NCBI GenBank assembly: GCA_964016885.1
Contig: OZ024741.1
Span: 109,492,001 to 109,556,000 of the forward strand
Reading direction: 5' to 3'
DNA length: 64,000 bases
Source of the DNA: Eledone cirrhosa
Lineage: Eukaryota
Part shown: piece after piece, positions 58,681 through 64,000 of the stretch
Layout of the letters: every line of letters starts with the position of its first letter
Numbering within the stretch: position 1 is the first letter of the stretch
Notes under the pieces: model-generated
Told to the model about the DNA's origin: nothing
Databases searched by the model: none
Seen by the model: the letters and a program-made list of their open reading frames with translations, nothing else
Program-made: the position numbers and the translations under genes

Positions 58681-59689
58681 CTACCACCACCGTCACCATC
58701 ACTATCGCCGCTACCAATGCTACCACCACAACCCCCTCCATCATTACCACCACTATCACTACAACCATCGTCACCATCACTACTACCATCACCCACCATC
58801 ACTACTACCACCCCAACGCAACTTCCATCACCACTACCAACTCCACCATTACCACCACCATCACCACTACCAACGCCACAGTCGGAACCCCCTTCATCAT
58901 TACCACCACTACTACCATCACCATTACCATCACCACGATCACTACCACCAACCCCATCACAAATGCAATCTCTTCTACCATCGCCTCCATCACTAACACC
59001 ACCCCCATCACAACTGCTATCCCCTCCAACTACCATCACTACCTTCTCCACTATTGCCACCACATTCACCTCTACCATCGTCACCATCAGTACCCACATC
59101 ACAACTATCATCAACAGTACCGACTCTACCACCACTACAACCACCAATACCGCATCTACCAACAACAACGACAACAGTACAACCACCACCATGTCTTTTC
59201 TCAGGAAAATATTTTTCAATTGGAAATTTCGCCGAACTATATCTTAACAGGTACATTGTTGTTGTTGCTTCTGCTGCTGCTGTTGCTACTCTTGCTTGTG
59301 ATGCAGCTGCTGCTGCTGTTGTTGCAGTTGCTGTTATTGTTGTTGTTCAAGACAATGTATCTAGGACTATATGGTTTAATATGCATGATTCTTTGCTTAA
59401 ATCTACTGGCCGTTTTGATGTAATTGTAGCGTAGCAGTTCAGCATATGGTAGGTTCCAGTTCGATTCCAACAGGCGGTACTGCCCATTTTTTCGAACTAT
59501 GGGTTTATATGCTTAACTTATTCGTTTATTTTCATAGTTTTAAATAATCTTACATTGAAGCAACTTACTTTAAGCTAATATGCTTTCTAAAGTATTTTCA
59601 ATTTTTTAAAGACATTGACAGCATTGTCTAGAACACGCCCTGACTTAATGTATTTACATACGTTACCATCTCATATTTAAAGGGGAAAT

Positions 59690-59950
59690 GAAATTATCTT
59701 ACTTTAACTTAACAAAAAAAAAAGGAATCCCACGGGCAATTGCAGAGAATATTATTATACCAGCTATAAAAGAAGTCATAGAAACTGTTTTTAAGGGTTT
59801 TCGTCTGAGTAAAAATACAGTAAAATGCTTAAATATTTATGAGACCGCAGAAAACGTTGCAAAGACGAAAATTTCAGGACTTCAATAGACTAAGATTTCT
59901 ATCCAGGTGGATGAGATAATATTTAGAAATTTTAATATTCTGATGGAATT
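59690..59950 (+). pseudogene. hAT Buster/Charlie (ZBED5/SCAND3-like) transposase relic
   Basis: KGIPRAIAENIIIPAIKEVIETV..LSKNTV..ISIQVDE resembles KPHTIGE.LILPA.KE..PLSNNTV..FSLQLDE. Confidence 0.6.
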
Positions 59951-60021
59951 TTTAATTACTGCATCGTTGCTTAAGTCTCTTTGCATAATAAATTAAATCT
60001 GAAACAAGTTTCTTTTTACAG

Positions 60022-60110
60022 GAGTATTTGAGATAAAAAATACAAGTTCTAATAATATTACGCTAGTTACTTCTATGGTACTCAAAGATGAGGTGATGAT
60101 GTTAAACTGG
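60022..60110 (+). CDS. Candidate internal exon VFEIKNTSSNNITLVTSMVLKDEVMMLNW
   Basis: tttctttttacag acceptor, TGG|gtaaga donor, open frame (phase 1 to 0). Confidence 0.3.
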
Positions 60111-60194
60111 GTAAGAGTTTAAGACTACCACCCAAGTATATTGCAGTGTGATTTGAGCACAGGACACAAAAAGCCAACATTTTTCAGTAAAAAA

Positions 60195-60410
60195 TAATTT
60201 CTAATTTAGTTACGAAGCCAACAATGTGTGGGCGGAAAAGCTGATTACATAGACCGCATAAATAACCGGAACTTTATTGTATCGTCCCCAGAAGGCTGAA
60301 AGGTAAAGCTGACTTCGGCGAGATTTAAAGTCAGTACGTAGAGTGTCCAAACTAAGTACTAGAATGAATTTTGTTCGATCCACTATCTATACCGCCAATC
60401 TACGTCTCTT
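60195..60410 (-). mobile_element. SINE family A, degraded
   Basis: tgaaaggtaaagctgacttcggcgagatttaaa..ccgccaatc. Confidence 0.6.
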
Positions 60411-61734
60411 CGGTAAAAAGAACATGAACCCAACTTTAAAATATAGTAAAAGCAATAACTGAAAAAAGTGGATAGACAGGTGAATGGTAAGTGTTGATAC
60501 TATTGAGAGAAAATAGTAACATGTGAGTATAAGTTATTGAAACAGTTCTTTGATGGAAGAAGAAAGAAAATCATGGCTACATAGAAAACTAAGTGGAGCG
60601 AATTGAGTAGATACACACAAATATTGCGATATATATATAATAACCATAAGGTTGTATGTGTGTGCGCACGCGGGCGCGTGTGTGTGTGCGTTCGTGCGTG
60701 TGCATGTGTGTGTGTGTGCTTGTGTGTGTTTGCATATGCATGTGTATTTGTGTATGTGTGCATATGTGCGCGTTCATGCATGTGTTCATGCATGTGTTTA
60801 TTAGTGTATGGGTGTTTGTGTATGAGTTCGTGTATGTATGTGCGTTTGGGCGTGTGAGTGTTCGCGTTTGTGTGTGTGTGTGTGTGTGCGTGTGAGTGCT
60901 CGTGTTTGTGAGTGTGTGCGTGCGTGTGAGTGTTCGTGTTTGTGTGTGTGCGTGTGAGTGCTCGTATTTGTGTGTGCGGGTGTGTTGTTATGGGTGGTGG
61001 TGTTGATGTTGGTGTAGTGGTAGGTTTGAAAGTGTTGCTGTTAGCGGTGTTGATTTTGTTGTTAGTCGTGTTGGCGTTGGGGCTGTTAGTGGTTGAGGTG
61101 TCGGTTGTGTTGGTGTTGTTGGTGTTAGGATGTTGTTGATGGTGTTGGTGTTTGTGGACCTGGGGAAAGGTGTTGGTTTTGTGGACCCGGGGAAGGGTGT
61201 TTCTTTTATGGTGGTGGTTGTGGTAGTGGTGGTGGTTTGTCATGGTGGATGTGGTAGTGGTGATGTTGCGGTGGTCGGGTGTTGTGTTAGAGTGTAGTTT
61301 CGATGGTGATGGAGGTGGTGTATAGTTCTGATTGTGTTGATGATACTGGGAGTGGAGTGGTAATAGGTGTTGGAGATTATAATGATGGTGATGGGAATAG
61401 AGTAGATGATAATGGTGTTGTATGGAAGCTTTCTTTTTCTTCGTCTGTGTCTGGAGATAAGGTTTCGTGTCATCGCTAGAGGCCTGTCTACTCCGAACAT
61501 ACAGTGATGTCATGTTAGATTAAAAGAGAAACATTCAGGAATAAAAGATGTAGTTAATTTGCCATTCCAAGATTCTCTTACAGACCTCAAAAATAAACTC
61601 CTAGTCTACTAGACTACTTACGCGTCCCTTACTTTGCCAAAAATTCTTTGAAGTTTTATAGAAATAGGGTCAAAACCTTTTAATATTACATTGCTATGAC
61701 AAACCAAGTTATTGGGTGATTCTATACATTCATC

Positions 61735-61930
61735 AATTAGCTTAGTGGTTACAGCGTTGGGTTCGCAATCGTTAGATCATGTATTCGATTCCATGAGACC
61801 AGATTGTCCATTGTGTCCTTGAACAAGACACTTTATTTCACATTTTTCCAGTTCACTCAGCTTGAAAAAATGAGTGGCGATGTCATTGGTGCCAAGCTGT
61901 ATCAAACGTCGTCCTTCCCTTTGACAACAT
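61735..61930 (+). mobile_element. SINE family B
   Basis: tagcttagtgg A-box, ttcgattcc B-box, tgtgtccttgaacaagacactttatttcac core. Confidence 0.75.
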
Positions 61931-61960
61931 CATATATAGTGTGAATAGAGTGTGTATATA

Positions 61961-63430
61961 TCTCTTCTCTATATATATAAAACGGAAAATGTCTGTCTGT
62001 GTGTGTGTATGATTTTTATGCATTTCAACATTTCTCTACCGATTTTGATGATTTTGTTTCCAATGTTCTCCAAATTTACCAACGATGGTCAACGCGTAAT
62101 AAACTTTGCCAAAAATTTCCTGCTTCTATGAAAAAAAATCGATAAAACTAAATACATGCTGTAACCCTCTCTCTTACACGCTTATTCACTCTCTCTACTA
62201 CCCAACAGCGACAAAACTTCGTTCAGGAACGCGACATAAACTTTGAAAACTAAGCAACACATCATTTTATACAACAACAAACACAGTCATAACGCTCTCA
62301 CCGTCGCTCTTCCCTCTCTCTATAATAGATCATTCCCTCTCTTTATAATTTAACTGCTTTACTCTCTTCATGCTTTGAGGTTTAACACACCGCTCAATAG
62401 TTTCTTAACTTTACTCTCTCCGTCGCTCTTCCCTCTCTCTATAATAGATTATTCCCCCTCTCTATAATTAAACTGCTTTACTCTCTCTCTGTCGCTCTTC
62501 ACTCTGTATATGATAACACTGATTTACACACCTCCTTATAGTTTCTTAGCTTTACTCTCTCCATCACTCTTCCTTCTCTCTATAATAGATTATTCCCCCT
62601 CTCTACAATTTAACTGCTGGGGGGTCATTGGAGTTCCGTATTGACATACGGCTTTTCTGGGGTATTTTAAATCGGCTTATTGCAAATAATAACCCGCAAT
62701 ATAACACTTCATATAACAGATTAATTCTATAGACATATGAATCGGAATGTTTCAATTATTTATTTTTTACGACTTTCATTGGTTAAATATTAATATGACA
62801 ACACCCATAGTGTTGTACTTCTGGCAATTCTGCCGAATACACTGCCAAGGATGAACCTTTTCCCCTCGGCGTAAGATATCCCGTTCGATTTCCAGCGATC
62901 CCAATTCCCGGTGAGACCATGTTTTGCCATGTCCATTAACAAGTTACAGGGCAAACATTGTCGGTGGCGGGCATCCATTTGGGGGAGCCATGCTTCTCCC
63001 ATGGCCAACTTTATGTTGCCTGTTCCCGCGTAGGGAGCAGGAATGGACTTTTTGCTTACACTCCTCAAGGGATGACACGCAATATCGTATACAAAGAGGT
63101 GCTATAGATGTTGGTGCAGGTGTTGGAGGTGTTGGAGCTCTGCCGTCTGGAAAACTATTTCCTGGTAGGGTCACCCATGGCGGACAGATCTGACACCCAG
63201 CGGCATCAGGACCACCATCTTGCAACTTTCGTCTGCTAAATTCGCTATTGGGAGATTATTAACCCATCATTGATTGTCCAAAATGCTAATTGGTTCGTAA
63301 CTTTTAATAACCGGTTCAACTGCTTTATGCACTTAATTGATAAGCTTATTCGCTTTCAAGCCATGTCTACCTGTATGTAACTTTTCATAGCAAATGAACA
63401 AACCCGAGCAACGCCGGGCTAAACTGCTAG
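61961..63430 (+). mobile_element. Internally deleted Helitron with both termini
   Basis: A|TC 5' end, cccgagcaacgccggg hairpin then CTAG|T; internal about 120-140-bp tandem repeats 62295-62620. Confidence 0.88.
62842..63107 (+). pseudogene. Helitron RepHel (Pif1-family helicase) C-terminus
   Basis: PFDFQRSQFPVRPCFAMSINKLQG / QTLSVAGIHLGEPCFSHGQLYVACSRVG..TRNIVYKEVL*; one stop and one frameshift. Confidence 0.9.
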
Positions 63431-64000
63431 TATATCTAAGCTTTATCGGCTTTTGATTTCCTTTGGACAACAACGGTGGCTTGGAGAGGGGTGATTGTTG
63501 GTCTTCCACAAAGAGACTTTATCCGGTCTTGTTCTTCGTATGTGAACTTTCTAGGTACAAGACGCATAGTCATTCGTGATCGAAGTTGGCTTATATCCCC
63601 AAATAACGGTGCTGCATATTTAAATAATGTATTCCATGGGATGTTTCTTTTTTTAACAGGAATATTAAGGGTGTGTATTGCGTTGTACAGAGGAGGAGAA
63701 TCTTTTCATGTTGAAAGACCACATTAAGTTACTTGCAATATAATAAGGCCGCATTAAAAAAAAAACAGAATTATAATATATACTATTTTGTAAAATTTTA
63801 GTCATTAAATACTAATTACCTAAAAAAAAAAAGAAAAAAATTAATTCAAACCTTTTAATGACTGCTTGTTGTAGGAAGGCATTTTGATATTTAGTTGCAG
63901 TATAATGGCTCGAATTTTTAACTGAACCTCGAGATGGGCAGCCACCATTTGTGATCTCAAAGACGTCTTGATTTTGGATAGGTAGGAGGATATAGATTCC

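Noticed and set aside
56236-59247. 1003-aa and 886-aa ORFs as standalone genes
   Set aside because: Open on both strands because of repeat composition; non-ATG low-complexity start; only the exon hypothesis is kept, at low weight
60500-61513. 337-aa His/Thr-rich ORF
   Set aside because: Degenerate (CA)n and (ACC)n low-complexity sequence
63660-63727. Exon after strong acceptor tttcttttttttaacag
   Set aside because: All frames stop quickly and the phase does not fit the 60022-60110 candidate

Overview
AT-rich eukaryotic DNA dominated by microsatellites ((TA)n, (TG)n, (GA)n, (TATG)n, (AAT)n) and transposon remnants. The repeat style suggests an octopus/coleoid cephalopod (inference). Nearly all ORFs in the supplied track are microsatellite artefacts. 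Supported coding content is mostly mobile: a Penelope-like element (RT + GIY-YIG, one frameshift) with a 1.3-kb inverted copy of its 3' end; a 5'-truncated R4/Dong RT-REL element in an (AAT)n tract; RTE, Tx1-like and CR1-like LINE fragments; several Helitrons (one retaining the RepHel C-terminus); a hAT MITE with 8-bp TSD; a hAT transposase relic; and two tRNA-type SINE families. Two things not explained by the ORF track stand out. (1) There are about 14 type-I hammerhead ribozyme motifs with intact cores plus several decayed ones, from many unrelated short elements embedded in (TA)n. They are packed at 5-14.5 kb, often in fold-back (inverted-arm) cassettes, and frequently show a U-U apposition at the base of stem II. 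(2) Three phase-compatible minus-strand exons at 2.1-3.15 kb encode a signal peptide plus a Cys-containing, possibly EMI-like, domain. All structures were read by eye; no folding or database search was run.
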